From: a virus
Taxonomy: Duplodnaviria > Caudoviricetes
DNA length: 25,846 bases
IMG/VR virus record: IMGVR_UViG_3300047407_000073
Coordinates: 1 to 25,846 of that record
Reading direction: 5' to 3' (one strand)
Below are positions 16,629 to 25,788 of this stretch, one piece after another (position 1 is the stretch's first letter; each line of letters starts with the position of its first letter). Both the position numbers and the translations under genes were made by a program. The notes below the pieces were generated by a model, which had not been told where the DNA came from, ran no database searches, and saw nothing but the letters and a program-made list of their open reading frames with translations.

Positions 16629-17689
16629 TATACCGTTTCTAAATTCTGTGCCTCTACATATAAGCCACGAAGTAATGTCTTTAATTTTTCTTTATCTGCT
16701 TCAGTCTCAACTGCATCTACATATGAGTCTAACAGGACTTGTGTGTCATCTAGTTGAATCTCTTCGTCTTCGACATTATCACCTAAAAATTCTGCAAATG
16801 ATTCTGCAATTTTAAGTTCATAAATTGGTTGTTGTTGAATTCTATCGATGAAGCGATCAAATGAAAAATAGTCTGTCTTCTTCTCTACCACAACTTTTAC
16901 AAACTGACGATCTAAATGAGTTACATCATACCCATTATAATCTGTTTTTTCATCGTTGTACACTACTTTTGTGTGAAGAGTATATGGATTACGAATAGGT
17001 GTAATCTCTCGAGTTTCTGTATCTAATACATGGAAAAATTTTGGATCATCGCAATCTCCCCACGTAAATTCCATTTGAGATCCAAGATAGTGAATATTAT
17101 CTTTGCTAGACTTCGTATGAAAGTGACCAGATAAAACTGTTTCAAATCTACTAAAGTCTCGTGTGTCCATTCCATGAGGATTTGGAATTCCCTTATACAT
17201 CTCAAAGCCAGAAAATTCAAAGTGTCCTGCAACAACATCTGCACTACATGTATTAATGAAGTCCATTGTCGATGAATAATTTTCTGGATTGATCCACGGT
17301 ACTAATGCAATATCTAGTTCGCCATACGTTACTACTGATGGTTCCATATAGATTTTTACACAATCCATATAATGTCCCATTAATTCTTTTAATGAGCACA
17401 GTTCATTTGTGTTTTTATAATATACATCATGATTACCTGGAATAATATGCATGCGAATACCATATTCACGCAACTTATCAAGAAAAATACGACGATTGTG
17501 TTCTAATGCTTTGAAGTTAACATACTTACGATGTTCATAATAATCACCTAGGTGAATAATGTAATTAATGTTATTTTCTAGTAAGTATGGAAAAAAGATG
17601 TCGTTATAAAATTTCTCTTGATACTCCATAAAAATGTCTGAGGAGTTACGAGCTCCACAGTGAGTATCATTGAGGATCGCACATTTCAT
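16628..17689 (-). CDS. 47: Recombination endonuclease subunit gp47 (Mre11/SbcD-like)
   Basis: DTH, HLGD, GNHD, SGHFH phosphoesterase motifs. Confidence 0.96.
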   Translation of the reverse strand: MKCAILNDTHCGARNSSDIFMEYQEKFYNDIFFPYLLENNINYIIHLGDYYEHRKYVNFKALEHNRRIFLDKLREYGIRMHIIPGNHDVYYKNTNELCSLKELMGHYMDCVKIYMEPSVVTYGELDIALVPWINPENYSSTMDFINTCSADVVAGHFEFSGFEMYKGIPNPHGMDTRDFSRFETVLSGHFHTKSSKDNIHYLGSQMEFTWGDCDDPKFFHVLDTETREITPIRNPYTLHTKVVYNDEKTDYNGYDVTHLDRQFVKVVVEKKTDYFSFDRFIDRIQQQPIYELKIAESFAEFLGDNVEDEEIQLDDTQVLLDSYVDAVETEADKEKLKTLLRGLYVEAQNLETV

Positions 17690-18281
17690 TGATGATTTCC
17701 TGGATTACACTGTCTGTCATAAAAAATTCTAAAGATTTGTTTTTCTTTTCTTTTTTAGCAAATTCTTTAATCTTAGTATCTTTCTCTTTTACTCTAGCAA
17801 TACGCTCTCTTAGAGAATCAATGAATGCTTGTTCTTGATGTGTATCATCACCTTGAATAGAGGCGATAAACTCTTCAATGCCACTTTGTTCGATGAATTT
17901 AAATTTAATGTCTTGTTGTTTCTTTTCTTTTTCAATTCTACGAAGAAATGCAAAGAAACATATTTGAGTAAAGTAAGAGAATGCATTTTGAGTACCTGTT
18001 CTAGTCTCTGCATTTGGATTATAGTTAGTGATTGCGCGTAGACAATTTTCTACTGCATCCATAACCATCTCTTCACGATAGGTGTATCTGATAAAGTTTA
18101 CCTTATGAGATAAACCTTCCGCAATCTTGAGGAAGCAATCAGCAATATAGTTTGGTACGATTGGGATTGTTGTTTTTTCGGTTTTAGCTTTATTGACTAA
18201 TACTGCGTATTCTTCTAATGCTTTACCGAACTTCTTATTGTCCACGTAATGCGGACGAGCTTTAGGTTCAGTCATGTTCAT
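17667..18281 (-). CDS. 55: Late transcription sigma factor gp55
   Basis: HYVDNK, KIAEGLS..NF..Y, DAVENCL, NAFSYFTQICFFAFLRRIEKEK. Confidence 0.96.
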   Translation of the reverse strand: MNMTEPKARPHYVDNKKFGKALEEYAVLVNKAKTEKTTIPIVPNYIADCFLKIAEGLSHKVNFIRYTYREEMVMDAVENCLRAITNYNPNAETRTGTQNAFSYFTQICFFAFLRRIEKEKKQQDIKFKFIEQSGIEEFIASIQGDDTHQEQAFIDSLRERIARVKEKDTKIKEFAKKEKKNKSLEFFMTDSVIQEIINEMCDPQ

Positions 18282-18310
18282 TCACTCCATTTAAATTTAG
18301 GACACATTAT

Positions 18311-18339
18311 ATTATACCACATTTTATAGTAAAAGTAAA
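18311..18339 (-). promoter_or_regulatory. Early-type promoter for gp55-47-46
   Basis: TTTACT-17 bp-TATAAT with GTGG extension. Confidence 0.85.
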
Positions 18340-18358
18340 ATTATTTTACGGGGGCCTA

Positions 18359-18387
18359 TGTACAACAGGATATTTTTATGATAAAAT
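18359..18387 (+). promoter_or_regulatory. Divergent plus-strand phage promoter with no downstream ORF
   Basis: TGTACA-17 bp-TAAAAT with TGn extension; GGGCCTATGTACAACA is identical to the vWA promoter -35 region. Confidence 0.7.
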
Positions 18388-18420
18388 ATATCTACCCCCC
18401 GGGGCCAGGATAATAATAAT

Positions 18421-19053
18421 CTAAGATTTAAAATACATATTACCAGCTATACTTATTCTTCTATCATCAGATGTATAGAATGGGTAAACTCCATGATGTA
18501 ACACTGCTGGGAAAAAACAAATTAAACCTTCAAATGATTTATCTACTGGAATAGATTCAAATTGCTGTAAACCCAGCGTATCTACATACCCAAATTCAAA
18601 CATCGATGCTTTAGAATGTTTAGTCTTAAACATCTTAATCTCGTCATCTATATTATATGGAATAGTATGCCATATAACAAATGAATAAACTCCTCCATGT
18701 TTATGGAGTGGATTAAATTCATATTTTTTCTGCAGATTTAACCATAATCCTTGCAAATATAAACGTTGATCATCTTCTCGAGTTTGGAACCTACGCATAT
18801 AGTCAAAATGTAAATTATAACGTTCTGCTAGATCATAAACAAATGGAGTAATAGCATTAACACAATCTTGTCTGTCAATTAAATTGATTTGATCATCTAA
18901 ATGGCCAGCTAATTTATATGCTACGTCTTCTCCTGTGCCTGTACCTTGAATTTCTTTAATTGCATTATTGAATGGTATCATTATATCTGCTGGTACTCGT
19001 GCAGTTATATAACCAGGAGATTTAAATTCATGTGTAGAATAATCAAATTTCAT
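18421..19053 (-). CDS. Putative 2OG-Fe(II) oxygenase
   Basis: WLN.QKKYEFNPLHKH, SFVIW, FPAVLHHGVYPF, RISIAGN (HxH...H...R pattern). Confidence 0.85.
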   Translation of the reverse strand: MKFDYSTHEFKSPGYITARVPADIMIPFNNAIKEIQGTGTGEDVAYKLAGHLDDQINLIDRQDCVNAITPFVYDLAERYNLHFDYMRRFQTREDDQRLYLQGLWLNLQKKYEFNPLHKHGGVYSFVIWHTIPYNIDDEIKMFKTKHSKASMFEFGYVDTLGLQQFESIPVDKSFEGLICFFPAVLHHGVYPFYTSDDRRISIAGNMYFKS

Positions 19054-19061
19054 ATTATCAC

Positions 19062-19457
19062 TTAGTGGTAAGTTGGTTCATCATCATCATTTGTAATAAA
19101 GTTTGGTGCTTTAACCAAATCTGGATCTTTAGCTTGAGAAGAGTCTTGAATAGGGGTTACTCTATCTTCTTCAATGTTGTGTGTCATCTTATGATAGTAT
19201 AAAGCTACTGCATCATTTACTATCGATTCAATTAAAATCATTTTTCTACTTAGCATATGTTCATCAATATCAGCAAATCCCATCCAGCGTGTAAACATAT
19301 TAGCTTCGCGAGCAATATCACCTAACTGATGACGTTCGCGATGTACTTTTAATGGGTTACGGATCAAGATCTCTTCTCTATCTTCTCCGACTACTTCTGT
19401 TAGGATCTCTTCGCCATTGATTAATTTAATCTGACGAATATCTCTTGAGAGGTTCAT
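19062..19457 (-). CDS. Conserved T4-like hypothetical protein downstream of uvsW
   Basis: IKLINGEEILTEV...NPL, acidic C-terminus; coupled to the uvsW stop. Confidence 0.75.
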   Translation of the reverse strand: MNLSRDIRQIKLINGEEILTEVVGEDREEILIRNPLKVHRERHQLGDIAREANMFTRWMGFADIDEHMLSRKMILIESIVNDAVALYYHKMTHNIEEDRVTPIQDSSQAKDPDLVKAPNFITNDDDEPTYH

Positions 19458-20932
19458 GTTAGAGGTACCTCGTGTATTTTATAATTGAACTGTTCTTTAC
19501 TATATATCTGAATCCTGATACCGGCATGTACAAGAGTAAAGTTCTTCTTTGCTTTCCAATGCAGATCATCTGAGATATCATATAATACGGTATCTCTACC
19601 ATCATCTGATTTACGAAGACCACGACCAATAGACTGTAGCACTTTAATCTGAGATTTAGACGGAGAAGCAAAGATAATATTATGTAAGTTCTTAATGTTG
19701 ATACCAGTAGAGAACGTACCTAAAGAAGCAACAATAATTGCATTCTTTTCTTTTTCTGTAATGGAACGAATTGTCTCTCTATCTGTTACGTCTGTTTCAC
19801 CTGATACATAAAAAACTTTACGATCATCAGATACTTTGTCACGTATCATTTTAAATAACGGTTTACCGTGTTTTTCTACTCTATTAAAAAGAACCAATGT
19901 ATTTCCAGTCTGATCTACTGCAAGATTCTTAATAAAATTATTTCGTTTCTGATGTGCAATAATAAAATCAATCTCTTCAGCATATGATTTATCTTTCATC
20001 GCTTTGCATTCTTCATCAGAATATTTCATCACTAAACAAGCGATATCTAATTTTGCAAGTTTGTCAGAATCCATTAATGCTTTAGTAGTTGTAACTTGAT
20101 AGACTGTACCAAATACGCCTTCTAAAACTAATCTATGTGTTAATGTACCATCTAAAGTACCAGTTAAACCAAATCTATATGGACAATTTGATAATTTTTC
20201 CATAATTGTAGTTAATGATTTAGCTTGGAATGTGTGTGCTTCATCTCCAACTACCATCTTAAAATCTTTAAACCATTCTTTAGGTAGTTTATAGATTGAT
20301 TGCCATGTACTAATTACAATAGGAGCATGAGTATCTTTTTCTTTTCCACTATAAATCTTGTGAATCATCTGCTCATTAAATGAATCATCATTCTGAGAAT
20401 AGTTTAAAAAGTCAGATGCCATCTGTTCAACTAATGATGTAGTTGGTACAATAAGCAAGAGTCTTCCATCCTTCACTATATTCATGTAGTGACGAATTAA
20501 GAGATAAATTATTAGAGATTTACCAGAAGCGGTAGGAGAAAGCAATATGCAACGCTTATTACGTAGTGCGTGTGTTACTGCTTGATATTGATATGAGTGC
20601 GGTGTAAATGGTAGACGAAGATGTTTTTCAACATACGTCTTTACATCTTCCTCATTTATTTTTGTAACTGGATCAGAGAAATTAATTTCAAGTTTGTATC
20701 CGCGCTCATCGGCAAAGCGTTTAATATAATCTAAAAGACCAACATATAAAGTATGTGTACGAAGATCATATAATCTAATCTTGCCATCCCACATTTTATT
20801 TTTAAATGCAGGCATAAACTTGTATCCAGGTACATAGAATGTAAAATAGTCTGCTAGTTCTTGTCTAACACCACCTTCGCAATCTACTCTTAAGAATACA
20901 TCATTTACTTTATTGACAACAATTTTATCCAT
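19454..20932 (-). CDS. uvsW: UvsW SF2 helicase
   Basis: WDGKIRL, SPTASGKS, GDEAH, GLTGT, QSIGRGLR; ATG at 20932 (MDKIVV) preferred. Confidence 0.96.
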   Translation of the reverse strand: MDKIVVNKVNDVFLRVDCEGGVRQELADYFTFYVPGYKFMPAFKNKMWDGKIRLYDLRTHTLYVGLLDYIKRFADERGYKLEINFSDPVTKINEEDVKTYVEKHLRLPFTPHSYQYQAVTHALRNKRCILLSPTASGKSLIIYLLIRHYMNIVKDGRLLLIVPTTSLVEQMASDFLNYSQNDDSFNEQMIHKIYSGKEKDTHAPIVISTWQSIYKLPKEWFKDFKMVVGDEAHTFQAKSLTTIMEKLSNCPYRFGLTGTLDGTLTHRLVLEGVFGTVYQVTTTKALMDSDKLAKLDIACLVMKYSDEECKAMKDKSYAEEIDFIIAHQKRNNFIKNLAVDQTGNTLVLFNRVEKHGKPLFKMIRDKVSDDRKVFYVSGETDVTDRETIRSITEKEKNAIIVASLGTFSTGINIKNLHNIIFASPSKSQIKVLQSIGRGLRKSDDGRDTVLYDISDDLHWKAKKNFTLVHAGIRIQIYSKEQFNYKIHEVPLT

Positions 20933-21557
20933 TATCAAATTTACCAAAGAAAACTAGTGATAATCTAGAATCATCCTTTGTTTTTCCAAAATAATTGTTT
21001 GCTCTATGCCATGCATGTGCATCATATATTATGCATCTATTATATACATTCTCAATAGTGGTTACTTCTTTGAATTGTGAATGTCTATTATTTTTTAATT
21101 CTTCATAATCTTTTCTATATTCTGGATGAGCTAAAAATTTCTTTTTTAATTCTCGTTCAGTATCACCAAAATATTCTAATGTTTCTGTTACGTGATGATA
21201 CAAAGATGTGCCACTATTCTCAGCAGGATCTTTATTCAAGTAAATTAAACCTGCAAAATGTAAATCTGCTCCATCATCATGAATCCAACCATCATTATAA
21301 TTCTCGTTTACTATTTGAAACATAGCATCAAATTTTGTAAATGCAGAATATCGCATTATAATATTACGTGGTAAACAATTATAGATTGATGCAACCAATT
21401 CACTATGTTTTTCTAATGCGAATGTGTGTAAACAATTTGTTCTAATTCCTGGCCAGCGCAATTCATCATCATAATGCCACTCAGTAATGGATAATGCATA
21501 TTCTCTTACTATATCTGGGTTAGGAAAAAAATCATCAATTATTATTGTAGGTAACAT
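20925..21557 (-). CDS. 2OG-Fe(II) oxygenase-like protein (DUF6445-like)
   Basis: IIDDFF.NPD.VR, WPGIRT, GWIHDD, AGLIYL, SGTSLY, YNRCIIYD...WH, RLSLVFF; ATG at 21557. Confidence 0.8.
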   Translation of the reverse strand: MLPTIIIDDFFPNPDIVREYALSITEWHYDDELRWPGIRTNCLHTFALEKHSELVASIYNCLPRNIIMRYSAFTKFDAMFQIVNENYNDGWIHDDGADLHFAGLIYLNKDPAENSGTSLYHHVTETLEYFGDTERELKKKFLAHPEYRKDYEELKNNRHSQFKEVTTIENVYNRCIIYDAHAWHRANNYFGKTKDDSRLSLVFFGKFDNG

Positions 21558-21559
21558 AA

Positions 21560-22009
21560 TTAAACACCAGAAGTAAATTGACGCCACTTAATCATATTAC
21601 CAATTGTTTGATGGCGCCACGTTATATTAGAAACAATTTCTGATAGTGTGTCTATCACTGTTTTCCAATATTCAATCTGTGATTGAACTGCTTGAATATG
21701 TGGATCGCTTTCATAATAATAATCCATATCACTCTTAAGCGGTTGTTTTAATCCATCAAATGGGTCATATTCCCAACCCTTTTCATCCATTGTAGTTTTA
21801 TCCATCTTACCGTTATACCACATAAACTTATCTTTCAAGAGCTTTTTAAATTCCATCTCTTTACGATGTTTTTGTAATTTAGCAGTTGAAAGCAATTCTA
21901 CATATTTTGCATGTAATTTAGGTGTTTCACGCGAAGACTTGTCGAGCTCCATGTCATCGATCTCACAGTCTTTTTTCCAATGTTCAAGTATTTGTTCAAG
22001 TGTTAGCAT
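21560..22009 (-). CDS. uvsY: Recombination mediator UvsY
   Basis: W.KD..ID, PKLHAKY, WYNGK, I.NMIKWRQF; lies between gp3 and uvsW. Confidence 0.92.
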   Translation of the reverse strand: MLTLEQILEHWKKDCEIDDMELDKSSRETPKLHAKYVELLSTAKLQKHRKEMEFKKLLKDKFMWYNGKMDKTTMDEKGWEYDPFDGLKQPLKSDMDYYYESDPHIQAVQSQIEYWKTVIDTLSEIVSNITWRHQTIGNMIKWRQFTSGV

Positions 22010-22035
22010 GTTATAATCTCACAGTTTTTACTACT

Positions 22036-22064
22036 ATTATACCATATTATGTCTCAATTGTAAA
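22036..22064 (-). promoter_or_regulatory. Early/middle-type promoter for uvsY
   Basis: TTTACA-17 bp-TATAAT with TGG extension. Confidence 0.8.
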
Positions 22065-22526
22065 ATAATCATATCTAAATGAAATATCTACTGTGCCATA
22101 ATTTGTATCTGCATCTTGAGCATTAAAATTTACAGAGCCAATAGACATTGGAAATGCATTTTTAAATGTTACTTTAATATGTGGATTACTTTTACTGTTT
22201 ATGAGAAAAACAGTCATATCATCTGTATTGTCACCAGCAACAACCCAATTAAAAATTTCAATATAGTTTTCCATATTCTCTGCTAATAACATGGTAATGT
22301 TTAATGCATCATATTCTGTTTTTGGACCTGGAACAAACGCATCAACTGTTGGTCGAGAAATGCGAGTTTCTCCATTTACCACTGTAGGTAGTGTAAAATT
22401 TTGTGCAAAGTATGCAGTATTTGGCGCGCGAGAAAAAACGAATCTAAACGCATCCGTTGTAATTAATGGATTTTTGTTTGTTGTTACTACTGGTGGAACT
22501 GCACCAACTGAATAATCTTTATTCAT
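22047..22526 (-). CDS. 3: Tail tube terminator / sheath stabiliser gp3
   Basis: N.L....F.F, PG..EYD.L, ENMENY.EIFNW, F.NAFP.S, F.YDYF; follows gp23 and has a late promoter. Confidence 0.85.
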   Translation of the reverse strand: MNKDYSVGAVPPVVTTNKNPLITTDAFRFVFSRAPNTAYFAQNFTLPTVVNGETRISRPTVDAFVPGPKTEYDALNITMLLAENMENYIEIFNWVVAGDNTDDMTVFLINSKSNPHIKVTFKNAFPMSIGSVNFNAQDADTNYGTVDISFRYDYFTIET

Positions 22527-22551
22527 ATAAAATCTCCAAAGGATATAAGAC

Positions 22552-22559
22552 TATTTATA
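22552..22559 (-). promoter_or_regulatory. T4 late promoter for gp3
   Basis: Intergenic TATAAATA 25 nt upstream of the ATG, with GGAG RBS. Confidence 0.85.
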
Positions 22560-22571
22560 ATCTCACCCAAT

Positions 22572-22597
22572 AAAAAAGAGGGACCGAAGTCCCTCTT
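22572..22597 (-). terminator. gp23 intrinsic terminator with cUUCGg loop
   Basis: AAGAGGGAC-TTCG-GTCCCTCTT running into a U tract. Confidence 0.92.
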
Positions 22598-22631
22598 GAA
22601 GTCTTACTTATAATTGTTATTATGTGTAAGA

Positions 22632-24017
22632 TTAAGCGTTGTCTAGAAGGCCAGTAACCTTGAAGATACGGAAGTAAACGTTTGTACGGTTTAAACCAAC
22701 ATCGCTAACTGGTGCAGAACCTGGGTTAGAGAATGGGTTAGCAATCATACCATAACGTGTTTTGAAACCGATCTTAGGTTGGAATGTACCTTGATCAACA
22801 GCACGAACCATTGTTAGTGGAACATATGGAGCATAGAATAAACCAGCGTCATATGGGTTTGTACCACGATAGCCAACAGTGATATAATCAACAGTTGCAT
22901 ATGGATCGATGTAAACTTTAATCTTGCCGTTTAGAACACCAGCGAATGTGTTACCTGTGTCGTCAACTTGTAAGTCTGTAGACATAGCTGGGTTATAAAC
23001 TAAAAGACCAGAAGCTGCTAATGCAGAAGCAACGTCTGATGAACAAAGAATAAAGTTACCTTTACCTCTACGAGTGTCTTTAGCAATCTGGTTAGCTTCA
23101 CGTTCTAATTGAACGATCAAGCCTTTGAAACGCTCAACTGACCAACGACCGTCAGCGTCTGTGTACAAGTTGAATGTACCAGCTGATGTGCAGTTAGCTG
23201 TTTGAGCACCTAACTTAGCTTTAACGTTGATTGTACGGATAACTTCACGGTTAATTTCAGCTAAGATTTCAGCAGAAAGGATGTTAGACAATTCTGTCTC
23301 AGCATCAAGACCATGAACTGCTTTCAAGTCTTGTGCCAATTCCATTGTGTATTCAGCTTTCAAAGCACGTGTCTTTGCAGTCACTGTTGCTTTTTCGATG
23401 CTGAATGCCATTTGTGCGAAGCTGTTTGTAGATGAATCACCTAATGCTTCACCTTCAGCTGTAGTCATACCACCACCAACACCGAATGGGTCAGCAACAG
23501 TATCAGCACCTGAAGTACCAGCTGTACCAGCACCACCAGCGTTAACTGTTGTGTCTGTACCTGGTAGAGAATCAGATGAACCACCATGTGAACCGTTCTT
23601 AGCTGTACCAGTAGAACCGTTGAATGAAGAAGAAGAGAATGATGTATCAGCTTCTTGATAAAGAGCTTCTGTACCATTCATTGCCTTGTAGCGTGACTTC
23701 ATTGCGAAGATCAAGCCAGTTGGACCAGACATTGGCTGAACACCAGCGATGTCATAAGCGATTAGGTTAGGCATAGAACGACGAACCAAGCTGATAAGGA
23801 TTGGATCGAAGTTAGAAACACCACCAGCAGAAACGCTGTTTGTTGCAGCAGTTTCAGTGATGTAACCAGATTGAGCACGCTCTTCAGCTAGTGCTTTTTC
23901 TTGGTTCTCAAGGATAACGGCTGTAACAGCACGCTTGTATGGATCCTTAATCGCAGGAAGATCTGCGTGATCTAGGACTTCTGCCCATTTAGATTGGGCT
24001 TGTTCTGATAAAAACAT
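22632..24017 (-). CDS. 23: Major capsid protein gp23
   Basis: ILENQ, DPILISLVRR, GVQPMSGPTGLIFAM, LKAEYTMELAQDLKAVHGLDAE, FQPKIGFKTRYG. Confidence 0.98.
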   Translation of the reverse strand: MFLSEQAQSKWAEVLDHADLPAIKDPYKRAVTAVILENQEKALAEERAQSGYITETAATNSVSAGGVSNFDPILISLVRRSMPNLIAYDIAGVQPMSGPTGLIFAMKSRYKAMNGTEALYQEADTSFSSSSFNGSTGTAKNGSHGGSSDSLPGTDTTVNAGGAGTAGTSGADTVADPFGVGGGMTTAEGEALGDSSTNSFAQMAFSIEKATVTAKTRALKAEYTMELAQDLKAVHGLDAETELSNILSAEILAEINREVIRTINVKAKLGAQTANCTSAGTFNLYTDADGRWSVERFKGLIVQLEREANQIAKDTRRGKGNFILCSSDVASALAASGLLVYNPAMSTDLQVDDTGNTFAGVLNGKIKVYIDPYATVDYITVGYRGTNPYDAGLFYAPYVPLTMVRAVDQGTFQPKIGFKTRYGMIANPFSNPGSAPVSDVGLNRTNVYFRIFKVTGLLDNA

Positions 24018-24033
24018 TTTATGTTTTCCTTTT

Positions 24034-25122
24034 TTATTTTTTAGTAGTACGGGAGATGGCTGCCATATAAGCTGCCATACGTGGAGAAGTTGTCTGTTGT
24101 TCAGTTTGTTGACCGTCGTCAGCTTCTTCAGTTACTGTTGATGATGTTGATGATACAGTTGTTTTAGTGAAGTGTGCTTCTTTAATGATAGAAACTTTCT
24201 TAGCGAAACCTTCTTGATCATCAAAATCAATACCTTCAACTAATGACTTTAGCTTCTCAGCTTCAGTTGCAATCATACCTTCAGTTGCTTCTGCAACAAT
24301 TTTTGCACGAGTTAGTTGTTCAACTGACTCAGCAAGCTTAACTGATTTCTCAGTAGCTACTTGCAATTGCTCTTCAAGTTCTTCAACTTGTGCAGATAAA
24401 CCATCAACTAAATCTGCTTTGCCTTCTGGAACTTCAACATAGTGCTCAGTGAACACTTGTTTTAGTGAATCAATGAAAGATTCAGCGATCTCAGCACGTA
24501 GGCCAGATTCAACTGCAACTTCATTTTCTTCCATCCATTGTTCAACAACATAGTTTAAATAGCCGTCGATCTTTTCAACTAGATCTGTACGGATACCTTC
24601 AACTTGCTCATCAAGTTTAGATTGATACTGTTCTTCAAGTTTTTCCTTCTCTACTGCAACGCGAGAAGTTAGAGCTGCTTCAAATAGAATCGCAGATTTC
24701 TCTTTAAATTCTTCTGAAAGGTTTGCATCAGCAGCAACTAAAGCAGCTAAGTCTTCAGTTACATCGATAGCAACAGCTGGATCTTTCTCTTCTTCAACTT
24801 TTTCTTCATTGAAAAGGTTGTCGTAGATTGCTTGAAGATCTTCTTTTTTCAAGCTAGATAATTTTTCAACTGTAGATGCGATGATACCCGCTTTAGTCTT
24901 TGGTGCTTCAGCTGTCTTTGTTGCTCCTAAATCGGCAAGAGTTTTCTTCTTGTCGTCTTGGAAGTCAGCGCCTTGACCGAAGTCTGCAGATTTAGCATCA
25001 CCCTTAGGTGCAATGCTAGCAGCTGCGTCGCCTTCAGCCAAAGTTTCCTCAGAAACTTCAACGGATGTTACATCACTAAGCTGTTCGTCTAGTTGATCTT
25101 TTTTAAGATCTTTTTGTGACAT
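24034..25122 (-). CDS. 22: Prohead core scaffolding protein gp22
   Basis: Acidic coiled coil, LSEEFKEK..FEAA, YLNYVVEQW.EEN; lies between gp21 and gp23. Confidence 0.93.
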   Translation of the reverse strand: MSQKDLKKDQLDEQLSDVTSVEVSEETLAEGDAAASIAPKGDAKSADFGQGADFQDDKKKTLADLGATKTAEAPKTKAGIIASTVEKLSSLKKEDLQAIYDNLFNEEKVEEEKDPAVAIDVTEDLAALVAADANLSEEFKEKSAILFEAALTSRVAVEKEKLEEQYQSKLDEQVEGIRTDLVEKIDGYLNYVVEQWMEENEVAVESGLRAEIAESFIDSLKQVFTEHYVEVPEGKADLVDGLSAQVEELEEQLQVATEKSVKLAESVEQLTRAKIVAEATEGMIATEAEKLKSLVEGIDFDDQEGFAKKVSIIKEAHFTKTTVSSTSSTVTEEADDGQQTEQQTTSPRMAAYMAAISRTTKK

Positions 25123-25140
25123 TCAAATCACTCCTTAGTG

Positions 25141-25788
25141 TTAAAGTTTAGAGAGGAAATGTTGGAAAACACGTGATTGTGCTTCAGCAAGCTGAGCTTT
25201 TGGTGTTCTCTTAATTTCAGTCTCAATCTTTTCAATTTCTTGCGGCTTGAAAATACCATTCTCACAAATCCATTCTACACCTTCCATGATTCCGTTAACG
25301 AAAGCAGCAGGTGCTGAAGGATCTTGAACGATATCTACGGTTGCTAAATGGAAGTCATCCTTCACATAGTTAACACCGTTTTTCTCCACAAGACTACCCA
25401 TACCACGAGATGATACTCCTAATTTTACACCGCCTTCAAGTAAACCTTTTACGATTTGACCCATAGGTGTGTTTAGGATTTTTGCCTTACCAACCACATT
25501 AGCACCTTCAAAACGAAGGTCTGTGATTAAGTGAGAAACTTTGTCCAAGTTAATCGTTGGACCGTCTGGATGATTTAATTCACCAACAGCTCGACCAGTT
25601 TTAACTTGACTTTCAATATATTTTTCAACAGCAGGTTGAAGAACTCTAGATTCATATACACGCTTATTACGATTAGGCATATCAGCCATCATAAAGACAC
25701 CTTCAATAAAGTAGTCTTTAGAGCCATTCTGTTTGGCTTCAGTAATAACTTGAATATCAGAATCAAGTGTTTCTGTAATCAGTTTCAT
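25141..25788 (-). CDS. 21: Prohead protease gp21
   Basis: MKLITE, NRNKRVY, GELNHP, GVSSRGMGS, DIVQDPSAP. Confidence 0.96.
   Translation of the reverse strand: MKLITETLDSDIQVITEAKQNGSKDYFIEGVFMMADMPNRNKRVYESRVLQPAVEKYIESQVKTGRAVGELNHPDGPTINLDKVSHLITDLRFEGANVVGKAKILNTPMGQIVKGLLEGGVKLGVSSRGMGSLVEKNGVNYVKDDFHLATVDIVQDPSAPAAFVNGIMEGVEWICENGIFKPQEIEKIETEIKRTPKAQLAEAQSRVFQHFLSKL

Noticed and set aside
18297-18307. ATGTGTCCTA at the gp55 transcript start resembles the AGGTGTCCAA box (8/10)
   Set aside because: Only 6 contiguous matches and partly upstream of the predicted TSS; too weak to call a third target, though worth a look in alignments.
943-23658. All plus-strand ORFs in the track (for example 943-1257, 1788-2168, 3754-4203, 7172-7561, 23347-23658)
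   Set aside because: They are antisense shadows of well-supported minus-strand genes, with no recognisable motifs.
449-23677. Alternate-frame minus-strand ORFs nested in genes (449-652, 1633-1902, 11110-11319, 14491-14763, 15638-16072, 17023-17244, 17810-18013, 19459-19671, 23465-23677)
   Set aside because: Fully overlapped by conserved genes in another frame, with no independent support.
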